Positions 9,173-17,346 of a stretch of DNA of 56,338 bases are shown here, in pieces; the first letter of the stretch is position 1, and each line of letters starts with the position of its first letter. The notes beneath the pieces were generated by a model. That model saw only the letters and a list, made by a program, of their open reading frames with translations, was not told the origin of the DNA and ran no database searches. Position numbers and translations under genes: made by a program. The stretch lies in NCBI GenBank assembly GCA_965370805.1, contig CBDUVZ010000003.1, positions 1-56,338 on the forward strand, read 5' to 3'. Source of the DNA: an uncultured bacterium (GTDB lineage Bacteria; Hydrothermota; Tepidihabitantia; Tepidihabitantales; Tepidihabitantaceae).

Positions 9173-9498
9173 CCGGACCGGGTCTTACGTTTCTTCTCGG
9201 CTTCGTATTCCTGTTGCTTCGCGGTGCGCTGTTCTTCCAGCCGGGCGATGGACTGAACCAGCCGTTTCATCTCGGCGTCGAGTGTGACCGGTGTGTCCGG
9301 CTCGGTCGATGCCCGGTCGTAGACCCTGCCGCCAAGCTGGGCCATCTTCCGCTCAATCTTGCGGCTGAGATTCATGATGTCCATTTTCAGCCGGCCGCGG
9401 CGGGTCAGGTCCTCGGCTTCACGGATGGCGGTACGGGTGGCGTCGGTCAGCCACACCCGCACATCGTCCCACAGTGTCTGAGCGCTCTTCTTAGCCAT
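9169..9498 (-). CDS. Hypothetical coiled-coil protein
   Basis: 109-aa charged helical ORF, convergent with pyrE and overlapping it by 4 nt. No recognisable family. Confidence 0.45.
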   Translation of the reverse strand: MAKKSAQTLWDDVRVWLTDATRTAIREAEDLTRRGRLKMDIMNLSRKIERKMAQLGGRVYDRASTEPDTPVTLDAEMKRLVQSIARLEEQRTAKQQEYEAEKKRKTRSG

Positions 9499-9736
9499 GG
9501 GCTGATTCTAGCCCCGGCCGGCGGAAGGTCAACCGGCGCTTGCGGCTTCGGCAGGGAAGTGCAGCTTGAGGAAGCGGCACCTTGCAGTGACGGACCCGGA
9601 ACGGGGACATGACCCAATCCCGTCCTGGAATTGGGATCGTGTCCCCCAGTTCCAGTTGGCTCTGGCTGTTACCTTCTGGCTTCTCCCCGTGTTCCGGCTG
9701 CAGCGGCAAGGAAGATTGCCGCGTGGCCCAAGGGCC

Positions 9737-9990
9737 ACTCGCAATGACGGGACCCTTGTCACTGCGAGGAACGGAGTGACGCGGCAGTCTTCCTCATTCT
9801 GCCTTCTGCACTCTGCATTCTGCCTTCAGCCTTGGTGCTCTTGGTGCCTTGGTGTTTAGTCCTCTCCGCTCCGGTACTCAACCTTGGCGCTCTTGGCGGT
9901 TATCTCTTTCTGCCTGGTGCTCTTGGTGCCTTGGTGTTTGGTTCTTCCTTCTCGCAACACGCAAAACCACCCAAATATAACACCCGAAAT
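9737..9990. repeat. Intergenic word-repeat mosaic including an imperfect palindrome ctcgcaatgac-N10-gtcactgcgag
   Basis: gtcactgcgaggaacggagtgacgcggcagtc (9758-9790) is a variant of 147-178. ggtgctcttggtgccttggtg occurs twice (9834, 9916) and again at 49360. gcattctgccttc words are also present. Confidence 0.7.
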
Positions 9991-10026
9991 CCGCATTTGG
10001 CCCGACCCCGGGGAACGTCCCCTGTC

Positions 10027-10290
10027 GTCCCCAATTTCGTCCCGAACTACGTCGCCAATCACGTCGCCAACTACGTCGCCAACCACGTCGCCAATCACGT
10101 CGCCAACTACGTCGCCAACCACGTCGCCAACCACGTCGCCAACTACGTCGCCAACCACGTCGCCAATGACGTCGCCAACCACGTCGCCAATCGCGTCGCC
10201 AATGACGTCGCCAATCATGTCGCCAACCACGTCGCCAATGACGTCGCCAATCGCGTCGCCAATGACGTCGCCAACTACGTCGCCAAGTTC
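10027..10290. repeat. Tandem array of 22 x 12 bp (gtcgccaaYNNN)
   Basis: Units start every 12 nt from 10027. Positions 1-8 are invariant in the 20 units from 10051, while the first two units at 10027 and 10039 are degenerate. Variation is confined to positions 9-12 (tcac, ctac, ccac, tgac, tcgc, tcat, gttc). Several frames on both strands stay open (track ORFs 9832, 9884, 9856, 9878 run through it). Confidence 0.95.
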
Positions 10291-10557
10291 GCCGCCGGTA
10301 ACGTCCGAACTGCTGTCCATGCTGCCGCCCGCAGTTCCGGGCAGACAAGAGGAAATCGGCCAGACCCGAAGCGCGAACGCCCTTCACCGGGATTAGAGAA
10401 AACCGGACCCCGGAACGCAACATGCCTGCCAAGCCACCAATAACCAACAACTTACTCCTGTGCTGCTATTCTGATGACCGTCCCCTGTAGCCTGGGGGGG
10501 ACTGTGGCCCTCTTCATGGCAACCGACGCGGCAGTCTTCATGGGTGATGCTCTGGCT

Positions 10558-10629
10558 GTCACTGCGGAAATCACAACGGCTGTTGCCACGGCACACCCAA
10601 CGGCTGTCGCTGCGGTAATCACAACGGCT
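10558..10629. repeat. 3 x 24-bp tandem repeat (gtcRctgcggWaatcacaacggct / gttgccacggcacacccaacggct)
   Basis: Direct reading shows units at 10558, 10582 and 10606, each ending in acggct. This keeps a 12-nt sub-period. Confidence 0.8.
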
Positions 10630-11297
10630 GCCGCAGAGGGAAACCGGACGGCCCTTCCTGCGACGTTCGCTGCGGCACATCCTGCGGTTCTCGTATCGGC
10701 CCGCGCACAGGCTACCGCTGAGGTCCTCCTCGCGACCGGCGCAATGGTCCTCTATGCGGCTCTCGTCACGGCCCACCTTCCGACCGGCGCAATGGTCTTC
10801 GTTCCGGCCGCGGCAGCCACAACAGGCCCCGAACCGCCGCCCGAGTCGTCTTGACTTTCACTGCCCGGCCGATATGCTGGCAGGCGATGAACAACAGGAA
10901 AGGACATCCTGACCCGGTAGCCAGGGAACGTATCGTCCATCCGCCGGGCCAAGAAGACTATCAGGAAAGGCAAGTAGACGGAGTCGGATGGGTAGGAGAT
11001 AAGTAATGTGGAGCTTGTCTGAAAACTAACCCTACGAATGATGTGTTCAGCGACTCGTCCCACCCTGGCCCGCGGAGGACGATGGTCGCAGTAGCTTCTC
11101 CCACTCGGCAGTCAAGAATGCACCTGATTCGCCTCTCATCACCCACCACTTCCCTGTTAGCTGAGTTTTCGGACAAGCTCCGTGTCCCCGTAACTCCCTA
11201 ATCTCCTCAAAGTCCAATGTCCAGAGTCAATCGTCTGTCCTCAACTCGGAGAATGCAGCGAGACAGCGATGCCCGTGACGGGCAAAGGAGGTAAGTA

Positions 11298-11537
11298 ATG
11301 AGTCCCCGAAACCCGGCCAAGTTCGCGGAGAACATGTGCCGTATTGCGGACATGGGGAGGGAAACGTTGGTTGAAGTACGACTGAAGAATGGGGGCAGCG
11401 CGTGGTTCACAGCGCCCACTGTCCGCAAATGGGCCAAGACGCCCGGTGGCGTGTTCGGAACACCCAAGGGGACTGTCACCCACGAAAAAGCAGTAGAGGC
11501 GGTGCTCCGACTGAGGATAAGGCGCACGTCCGCTTGA
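11298..11537 (+). CDS. Small hypothetical protein
   Basis: 79-aa ORF preceded by a canonical Shine-Dalgarno (aaaggaggtaagtaATG). No family recognised. Confidence 0.45.
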   Translation: MSPRNPAKFAENMCRIADMGRETLVEVRLKNGGSAWFTAPTVRKWAKTPGGVFGTPKGTVTHEKAVEAVLRLRIRRTSA

Positions 11538-11659
11538 CATGCGGGCGAATCTTGGGGAGAAGTTGGACGTGGTGAATGGTAACGGCCCGGCATGTGGCCG
11601 GAGCGGAGACGAGAACCCGGCAAGCGATGCCTGCAATCCGGGTCTGAAAGGAGGCAGCC

Positions 11660-14600
11660 TTGAGAGAAGTTAGAAATAGGGTAGCGCCACGAAATCCCCT
11701 TGTCGCAGGCTGCGCGAAGCGTTTTCCGGTCGGACTGCTGACTGCTCTCTGTTTGCTGTCGCCTGCTTTGTCGTCCGTACAGATGGACTGGACTCAAGCA
11801 ACCGCCAATGCCCAATGGTCCGCAAGAGCCAGCCATACCTCGGTCGTGTTCGATAACAAGATGTGGGTGCTCGGTGGTCTTCGGAACGATGTCTGGTATT
11901 CGACGAACGGAGCGACTTGGACTCAGGCAACCGCAAGTGCCGGATGGTCCGTAAGACACAACCATACCTCGGTTGTCTTTGACAACAAGATGTGGGTGCT
12001 CGGTGGGCATGATGCAAGTGGTCTTCGGAACGATGTCTGGTATTCGACGAACGGAGTGACTTGGACTCAGGCAACCGCAAGTGCCGGATGGTCCGCAAGA
12101 CACAACCATACCTCGGTTGTCTTTGACAACAAGATGTGGGTGCTCGGTGGATGGGATGCATTAGTCGGCGGTGCTTTTCTGAACGATGTCTGGTATTCGA
12201 CGAACGGAGTGACCTGGACTCAGGCAACGGCTAATGCCGGCTGGACGGCAAGGCGGGGTCATGCGTCGGTTGTGTTTGACAACAGGATTTGGCTGCTCGG
12301 TGGCGCTGATGTCAGCTCTCGGAAGAACGACGTCTGGTATTCAACGAATGGAGCGACCTGGACTCAGGCAACTGCCAATGCCCAATGGTCAGCAAGGTGG
12401 TTCCACGCCTCGGCTGTCTTTGACAACAAAATGTGGGTGCTCGGTGGAAACAGTCTAAACGATGTCTGGTATTCTACGAATGGAGTGACCTGGACTCAGG
12501 CAACTGCTAATGCCGGATGGTCCGCAAGATTCAGCCATACCTCGGTTGCCTTTGACAACAAGATCTGGGTGCTCGGTGGCTATGATGGTGGTTATCGGAA
12601 CGATGTCTGGTATTCTAGCCTTCCTCCTCCTCCTGCGCCGACACCGGTCTTGCCGCCAAACGGCGGGACGGTGAATACTCTAAGACCTACTTTACAGGTC
12701 CAATCAATCTCCGGAGCCACTCAGTATCACTTCCGAGTCTATCGTGGCGGGAGTTTGGCTAGAGAAGGATATTCAGGCTCCAACTCCTGGACGGTTGATG
12801 TTGACCTGCAGAATGGCGCCGTTCATGAGTGGGACTGCCGGGCTCAAAATGCAGCCGGTTGGGGACCCTATTTCAGTCCTCGCTGGTCTCTTACAGTGAG
12901 TTTCCTTCCACCTGCGCCAACGCCAGTCTCACCGCCCAATGGCGGCACAGTGAGTACCCTACGACCGTCTTTGCAGGTGCAGTCCATATCCGGCGCCACT
13001 CAGTACCATTTCCGTGTTTACCGCGGTGGCTCATTGGTTAGAGAGGGCGATTCGGGTTCTAACTCTTGGACAGTTGACGTCGACCTACAGAATGGCGCTG
13101 CTCACGAGTGGGACTGCCGGGCACAGAATGCAGGCGGCTGGGGACCCTATTTCAGTCCTCGCTGGAGTTTCACAATCAGTATCCTTCCATCTGCGCCAAC
13201 ACCAGTTGCGCCGGCAAACGGTCGAAGAGTGATTACTCTAAGACCGACCTTGGAGGTTCAGTCCATGTCCGGCGCTACCCAGTACCATTTCCGCGTTTAC
13301 TGCGGTGGCTCATTGGTAAGAGAGGGTTATTCAGGTTCCAACTCTTGGGCAGTTGATGTCGACCTACAGGATGGTGCTACTTACGAATGGGATAGTCGGG
13401 CGCAAAACGCGGCCGGTTGGGGTCCCTATTTCAGCCCGCGCTGGTCATTCGCCATTCGGCTCTCGCTCTCTCTCGCTGCTTCTCAATATCCGATGTTCCG
13501 GTACAATCTCCAGCACACGGGAAGAAGTCCATACAACGGCTCGCAGACTTCTGAGGTGAGATGGTTCTACTACACTACAGAACCAGTCATATCTTCGCCG
13601 GTTGTTGCTCCTGATACGACTATCTACTTCGTTTCGGAAAATGATACCCTTTATGCACTGGCACCAAGCGGTGCGAGACGCTGGTCGTACTATCTGGGCT
13701 CAGGCGGTGGAACTCAATCTACACCAGCTATAGCGGCTGACGGCACAGTGTATGTTGGCGATGGCCGCGGCAATCTCTTGGCTTTGCCCGCCAACCTGGC
13801 AGCGCCGTTATGGAGTTATCGCACCGGCGATTCAATCCTGTCGTCTCCGGCCATCTGCGGGGCTATCTACGTCGGTTCCAGTGATGGCTATCTTTATGCC
13901 TTGAATCCAGACGGCACTCTGAGATGGCGTAATCAGATCGGTTCGGCTATCCGCTCTTCGCCGGCAGTAGCCCCGGACAGCACCATCTACGTCGGCGCTG
14001 ACAACCAATACCTCTATGCAGTAAACCCTAATGGTACGACCAGGTGGAACATATGGCTCACTGAGGCGGTGCATTCCTCGCCGCTGATTGGACCTGATGG
14101 AACAGTTTATATCGGTGCTACCAACGGCAGGCTTTGGGCAGTTACTGGACAAGGGGTAGTTAAATGGTATTTCACGACGGGTGGTGCGATAACTTCTTCC
14201 CCGGCAATGGATGCTCAAGGTAGGATCTACTTCGGTTCTCATGACCGGTATGTCTATGCGGTGGAAGACTCTGGTTCTTATGCCAAACAGGTATGGCGCT
14301 ATCAGACCGGTGGCGAAGTCAGGTCATCGCCATCCGTCAGCGCGCAAGGCACGGTCTACGTTGGCTCGGACGATTGGTATGTCTATGCGTTACGAGGCGC
14401 GGACGGCGCGCTGGTCTGGAGAAGGCTCACCGGCAATCTCGTCCGGTCATCACCTGCTATCGGAGCCAACGGAATCATCTACATCGGTTCCAATGATGAC
14501 CGGCTTTATGCGATAGGGTCGCCAATCGGAATTGAAGAGGATTACGCCCCAAGTTCGCACATCCCTGCATCATTCGTTCTCAATCCGGCTCGGCCCAACC

Positions 14601-14845
14601 CTTTTGCCACTGTAACTGGGTTCAGATTCGGTTTGGCCCAGAGAGGCATGATGAGTCTGAGTATTCGTTCCTCGACTGGTGCCGCGGTCCGGACATTGGC
14701 CACTGGATTGAGAGAGCCCGGGTGGCATACTGCGGTCTGGGATGGGTGCGACAACACGGGCGGCAGAGTCCCAGCCGGTATCTACTTCTGTCGCCTTGAC
14801 GTTGGCGAGTTCACCGCCACGCAGAAACTGGTCTTGCAGCGGTAG
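11660..14845 (+). CDS. Large T9SS cargo protein: Kelch-like repeats + 3 FN3-like modules + PQQ/BamB-like beta-propeller + C-terminal sorting domain
   Basis: TTG start 5 nt after AAAGGAGG. Kelch-like units (NDVWYSTNG.TWTQATA.A.WSAR..HTSVVFDNKMWVLGG). Three 279-bp tandem units (12632, 12911, 13190). PQQ-like repeats (YALNPDGTLRW..., YAVNPNGTTRW...). CTD: NPFATVTGFRFGL...SLSIRSSTGAAVRTL...WDGCDNTGGRVPAGIYFCRL.... Confidence 0.85.
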   Translation: MREVRNRVAPRNPLVAGCAKRFPVGLLTALCLLSPALSSVQMDWTQATANAQWSARASHTSVVFDNKMWVLGGLRNDVWYSTNGATWTQATASAGWSVRHNHTSVVFDNKMWVLGGHDASGLRNDVWYSTNGVTWTQATASAGWSARHNHTSVVFDNKMWVLGGWDALVGGAFLNDVWYSTNGVTWTQATANAGWTARRGHASVVFDNRIWLLGGADVSSRKNDVWYSTNGATWTQATANAQWSARWFHASAVFDNKMWVLGGNSLNDVWYSTNGVTWTQATANAGWSARFSHTSVAFDNKIWVLGGYDGGYRNDVWYSSLPPPPAPTPVLPPNGGTVNTLRPTLQVQSISGATQYHFRVYRGGSLAREGYSGSNSWTVDVDLQNGAVHEWDCRAQNAAGWGPYFSPRWSLTVSFLPPAPTPVSPPNGGTVSTLRPSLQVQSISGATQYHFRVYRGGSLVREGDSGSNSWTVDVDLQNGAAHEWDCRAQNAGGWGPYFSPRWSFTISILPSAPTPVAPANGRRVITLRPTLEVQSMSGATQYHFRVYCGGSLVREGYSGSNSWAVDVDLQDGATYEWDSRAQNAAGWGPYFSPRWSFAIRLSLSLAASQYPMFRYNLQHTGRSPYNGSQTSEVRWFYYTTEPVISSPVVAPDTTIYFVSENDTLYALAPSGARRWSYYLGSGGGTQSTPAIAADGTVYVGDGRGNLLALPANLAAPLWSYRTGDSILSSPAICGAIYVGSSDGYLYALNPDGTLRWRNQIGSAIRSSPAVAPDSTIYVGADNQYLYAVNPNGTTRWNIWLTEAVHSSPLIGPDGTVYIGATNGRLWAVTGQGVVKWYFTTGGAITSSPAMDAQGRIYFGSHDRYVYAVEDSGSYAKQVWRYQTGGEVRSSPSVSAQGTVYVGSDDWYVYALRGADGALVWRRLTGNLVRSSPAIGANGIIYIGSNDDRLYAIGSPIGIEEDYAPSSHIPASFVLNPARPNPFATVTGFRFGLAQRGMMSLSIRSSTGAAVRTLATGLREPGWHTAVWDGCDNTGGRVPAGIYFCRLDVGEFTATQKLVLQR

Positions 14846-14852
14846 GTTTGGA

Positions 14853-14872
14853 GTTTCCGGGTTTCCGGAAAC
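14853..14872 (+). terminator. Hairpin after the Kelch/PQQ gene (gtttccgg-gttt-ccggaaac)
   Basis: Perfect 8-bp stem with a 4-nt loop, 8 nt after the stop codon. No following T-tract, so terminator function is uncertain. Confidence 0.3.
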
Positions 14873-14957
14873 CCTTGATCGGATTTTCGGGGGAGAATTA
14901 GGGAGAATTAGGGACAACCACCTACTACGGAGCGATGTCAAGGTACGGCATGGCAGG

Positions 14958-15137
14958 ATGGCAGAACTGGTCGAGCGGATGCTGAGCCTGCACAAGAAGC
15001 TGCCCAAGGCCAAGGGCGCGGTGAAGACGACAATCGAGCGGCAGATTGCGGCGACCGACAAGTCCATCGACGCGCTGGTCTACGAGTTGTACGGGCTGAC
15101 GGACAAGGAAATCAGGATTGTGGAGAAGGCAGAATGA
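14958..15137 (+). pseudogene. Remnant: C-terminal tail of a Type IIG / Eco57I- or PglX-like DNA methyltransferase
   Basis: The 59 codons MAELVERMLSLHKKLPKAKGAVKTTIERQIAATDKSIDALVYELYGLTDKEIRIVEKAE* match the characteristic terminal helix pair (...REI...D..ID.LVYELYGLT.EEI.IVE) of these enzymes. No methyltransferase domain lies upstream. Confidence 0.6.
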
Positions 15138-15175
15138 CCAGAGTGCGCAGCTTCAAGAAATGGAGGCACGACATC

Positions 15176-15673
15176 ATGAAACAGACAATCATCACTGCGC
15201 TTGCGCTGCTGGCGACCCTGTCCTGCGGTCAGCAGGCGCACACGCCGGCTGCAAAGACTAAGAAGGAACACCCCGGCCTGTTTCCTGTCCAAGTCGGCGG
15301 CAAGTACGGCTACATGGACAAGACCGGCAGGCTGGTCATCAACCCGCAGTTCGACGGGGCCTGGTCCTTCTCCGAAGGGCTGGCCATGGTCGGGAGTGGC
15401 GGTTGGGGAACCAGAAAGTACGGCTACATTGACAAGACCGGCAAGTACGTCATCGCCCCGCAGTTCGACAAGGCCCTAAGCTTCTCCGGAGGGCTAGCGC
15501 GGGTCAAGATTGGCGGAAAATGGGGCTACATTGACATGACCGGCAAGCTGGTCATCGCCCCGCAGTTCGACAAGGCCCTAAGCTTCTCCGGAGGGCTAGC
15601 GCGGGTCAAGATTGGCGGAAAATGGGGCTACATTGACATGACCGGCAAGTTCGTTTGGGAGCCGAGTGAGTGA
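15176..15673 (+). CDS. WG-repeat (KWG-type) lipoprotein
   Basis: Start is the ATG at 15176, 9 nt after GGAGG. Lipobox ALLATLSCG. Repeats of GKYGYMDKTGRLVINPQFDGAWSFSEGLA / GKWGYIDMTGKLVIAPQFDKALSFSGGLA. Confidence 0.8.
   Translation: MKQTIITALALLATLSCGQQAHTPAAKTKKEHPGLFPVQVGGKYGYMDKTGRLVINPQFDGAWSFSEGLAMVGSGGWGTRKYGYIDKTGKYVIAPQFDKALSFSGGLARVKIGGKWGYIDMTGKLVIAPQFDKALSFSGGLARVKIGGKWGYIDMTGKFVWEPSE
15449..15652 (+). repeat. Near-perfect 102-bp tandem duplication inside the WG-repeat gene
   Basis: 15449-15547 is identical to 15551-15649 (99 nt). Only the last codon of the unit differs (ctg vs ttc). Confidence 0.95.
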
Positions 15674-15717
15674 GATGGAGTACCGGCTACCTTGCCCTGA
15701 TCATGGCGAGAGGAGGC

Positions 15718-16722
15718 ATGATGGATAGTCCGAGAATGCTCTTTCTAAGAATCGGATGGATGACACACTACTGCGGGGCAACACGCAACGACCCGCTCTT
15801 GTGGCACGATGTGGACCCGATTGAGACGCAGAATTGGTGGGAGACTCGCAACTTCCTGCCAGCCTCCGGCCGCGTGTACGGTAGTCCCTTCATAGGGAAG
15901 AAACAGATCCACATCGAGAGATTCGGCGTCAGTCCCACCGCCGACCGAATTGACGGTGTTGTCGTCGTCTGGGTGGCGCCGCGCGAAGGTGTGGGCCACA
16001 CGGCCGTCGTCGGCTGGTACAAACACGCAACGGTTTTCAGAAACCGGCAGCCGAAGCCGCGGGGCCATTGCGTCACGGCCAAGGAAAAGGACTGCGTTTG
16101 CCTTCCCGTCGATTACAGAAACCTGGAAGTTCCTTCTGCCAAGGCACATCAGAAAGGAAGAGGAATGGGCCAGGCTCTTGTGTGGTATCCCGGCGCCGGG
16201 GCAGACGCTTTCAAAAGGAAGTTGCTTCGGTTTGTCAAGGACTGGGAAACTGGGCGTCTTCAGCGCGCTCGACGCGAGGAGATTGAGCGTACGCTCGCGG
16301 AAGATGAGTTCTATCGTGAGAGCCCTGCCCGCCGTCTGCGTATCATTCCAAAGCACAACAGGCTGTCAAACAGCTTCAAGAAGTGGTTGGGGTCGCGTGG
16401 CATCCTGCACGTCACACAAGAGAGTTCTCGCATAGATGTTACATTCCGCACCGACCGAGGGACGTATCTGGCTGAGCTGAAAGTGTGCGATGGAATCGAT
16501 GCGAGGCGGGGCATTCGTGAAGCACTAGGACAGCTGTTAGAGTACAACCTGTATCCCGGCAGAACCGAAGCAGATAACTGGATGGTCGTCTTGGATGTTA
16601 GACCCTCAACCGACGACTTGGAATTCTGGAAGCGTGTGTCAAAGAGGATAAGGACTCGGTTGTACTTGGCTTGGCGATGCGGTGACGGCTTCAAGCTCGA
16701 GGGGCCTTCCACCAAGCTGTGA
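15718..16722 (+). CDS. Predicted PD-(D/E)xK nuclease with uncharacterised ~200-aa N-terminal domain
   Basis: ATG-ATG at 15718/15721 just after GGAGG. The C-terminal region has IDVTFRTDRGTYLAELKV...GQLLEY, i.e. a D...E-x-K restriction-endonuclease-like core followed by a Q..Y helix. The N-terminal domain (LFLRIGWMTHYCG...VVVWVAPREGVGHTAVVGWYKHATVF) has beta-rich character of unknown family. Confidence 0.55.
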   Translation: MMDSPRMLFLRIGWMTHYCGATRNDPLLWHDVDPIETQNWWETRNFLPASGRVYGSPFIGKKQIHIERFGVSPTADRIDGVVVVWVAPREGVGHTAVVGWYKHATVFRNRQPKPRGHCVTAKEKDCVCLPVDYRNLEVPSAKAHQKGRGMGQALVWYPGAGADAFKRKLLRFVKDWETGRLQRARREEIERTLAEDEFYRESPARRLRIIPKHNRLSNSFKKWLGSRGILHVTQESSRIDVTFRTDRGTYLAELKVCDGIDARRGIREALGQLLEYNLYPGRTEADNWMVVLDVRPSTDDLEFWKRVSKRIRTRLYLAWRCGDGFKLEGPSTKL

Positions 16723-16772
16723 GGTCTATCGGTGACGCGATTTCCGGCCCGGCGCGGCATAAAAGGAAGGTA

Positions 16773-16841
16773 AGGCTGGTCGAGCGGATGCTGGAGTCGC
16801 ACAGGCATCTTCCGCAGGCTAAGACGCCGCAGGGGTCATAA
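16773..16841 (+). pseudogene. Second, shorter remnant of the same methyltransferase-tail motif
   Basis: RLVERMLESHRHLPQAKTPQGS*. Shares an 18-nt identity (ctggtcgagcggatgctg) with 14966-14983. Confidence 0.45.
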
Positions 16842-16981
16842 GTGACGCTGACCGTTTTTCGTGCATCGGGTTCCGGCGTAGCCCGCTGACCGTTCATCGC
16901 TGACCGCCTGCCGCAATCGACGGCTCCCGGTTATCTCCACGGGATACGCGACAAGCCACTTGCGCAGCAGATACCGGAACC

Positions 16982-17233
16982 GAACGGAAAATCGAACTCC
17001 TGATTGAGCCGGTGGTTGCGGGGTTCATTGCTGCCCGAATAGTTGCCAGGATAGCCATCTGGATAGACCCCGTGATAGCACCCGTTATTGAAGATGGAAT
17101 TGAGAAGATAGTTGCCTGGTCGGCAGATATCAGCAAAGCACGCGGGATTCAAGAGTTGATTGCATGGCTGATTCTACTCATGATTGACAGCCGGATTGAA
17201 TCCGTCATTGAATGCCTGCTTGAATGCAACATG
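16982..17233. repeat. Decayed 12-nt-periodic array (21 units)
   Basis: Cutting every 12 nt from 16982 gives units of which 19/21 start with G. Seventeen of 21 end in T/A-ending triplets: fourteen att/ata plus two gtt and one ctt (e.g. gcatggctgatt, gacagccggatt, gaatccgtcatt). Reverse-complement units (gctgtcaatcat, ggattcaatccg) resemble the 10027 array unit gtcgccaatcat. Confidence 0.5.
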
Positions 17234-17346
17234 TTCCGTCAGATAGAACCCCGGGGACGACTCCCCATCTGCCCAGGGGCAGCCCAGGTCTGGGGCAGAA
17301 ACACCCCGGTTGGTGGGGCAACTGGCTGGAGACAGCCGCCTGTTCG

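Noticed and set aside
10027-10290. CRISPR array interpretation of the tandem arrays (also 41171-41320)
   Set aside because: Units are contiguous 12-mers with no unique spacers. The repeat length is far below the CRISPR range, and no cas genes are present in the window.
9832-10443. ORFs reading through the 12-bp array as VANH/TSPT/GDVV/WRR repeat proteins
   Set aside because: Several frames on both strands stay open simply because the unit lacks stop triplets. No frame has an SD or plausible N-terminus, and both flanks are word-repeat DNA. Kept as a repeat, not a CDS; coding is not strictly excluded.
10393-10776. Cys/Arg-rich 127-aa minus-strand ORF that superficially resembles a RiPP precursor or metallothionein-like peptide
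   Set aside because: The Cys pattern arises from 24-bp and 17-bp DNA repeats (acggct units; gaccattgcgccggtcg x2). The start is an unsupported GTG and there are no maturation genes nearby.
12632-13468. Diversity-generating retroelement (template/variable repeat) explanation for the three near-identical FN3-like modules and for the NAY-codon variation in the 12-bp array
   Set aside because: No reverse transcriptase, Avd or IMH-like element is present in 56 kb. Differences between copies are not restricted to adenine positions of one copy.
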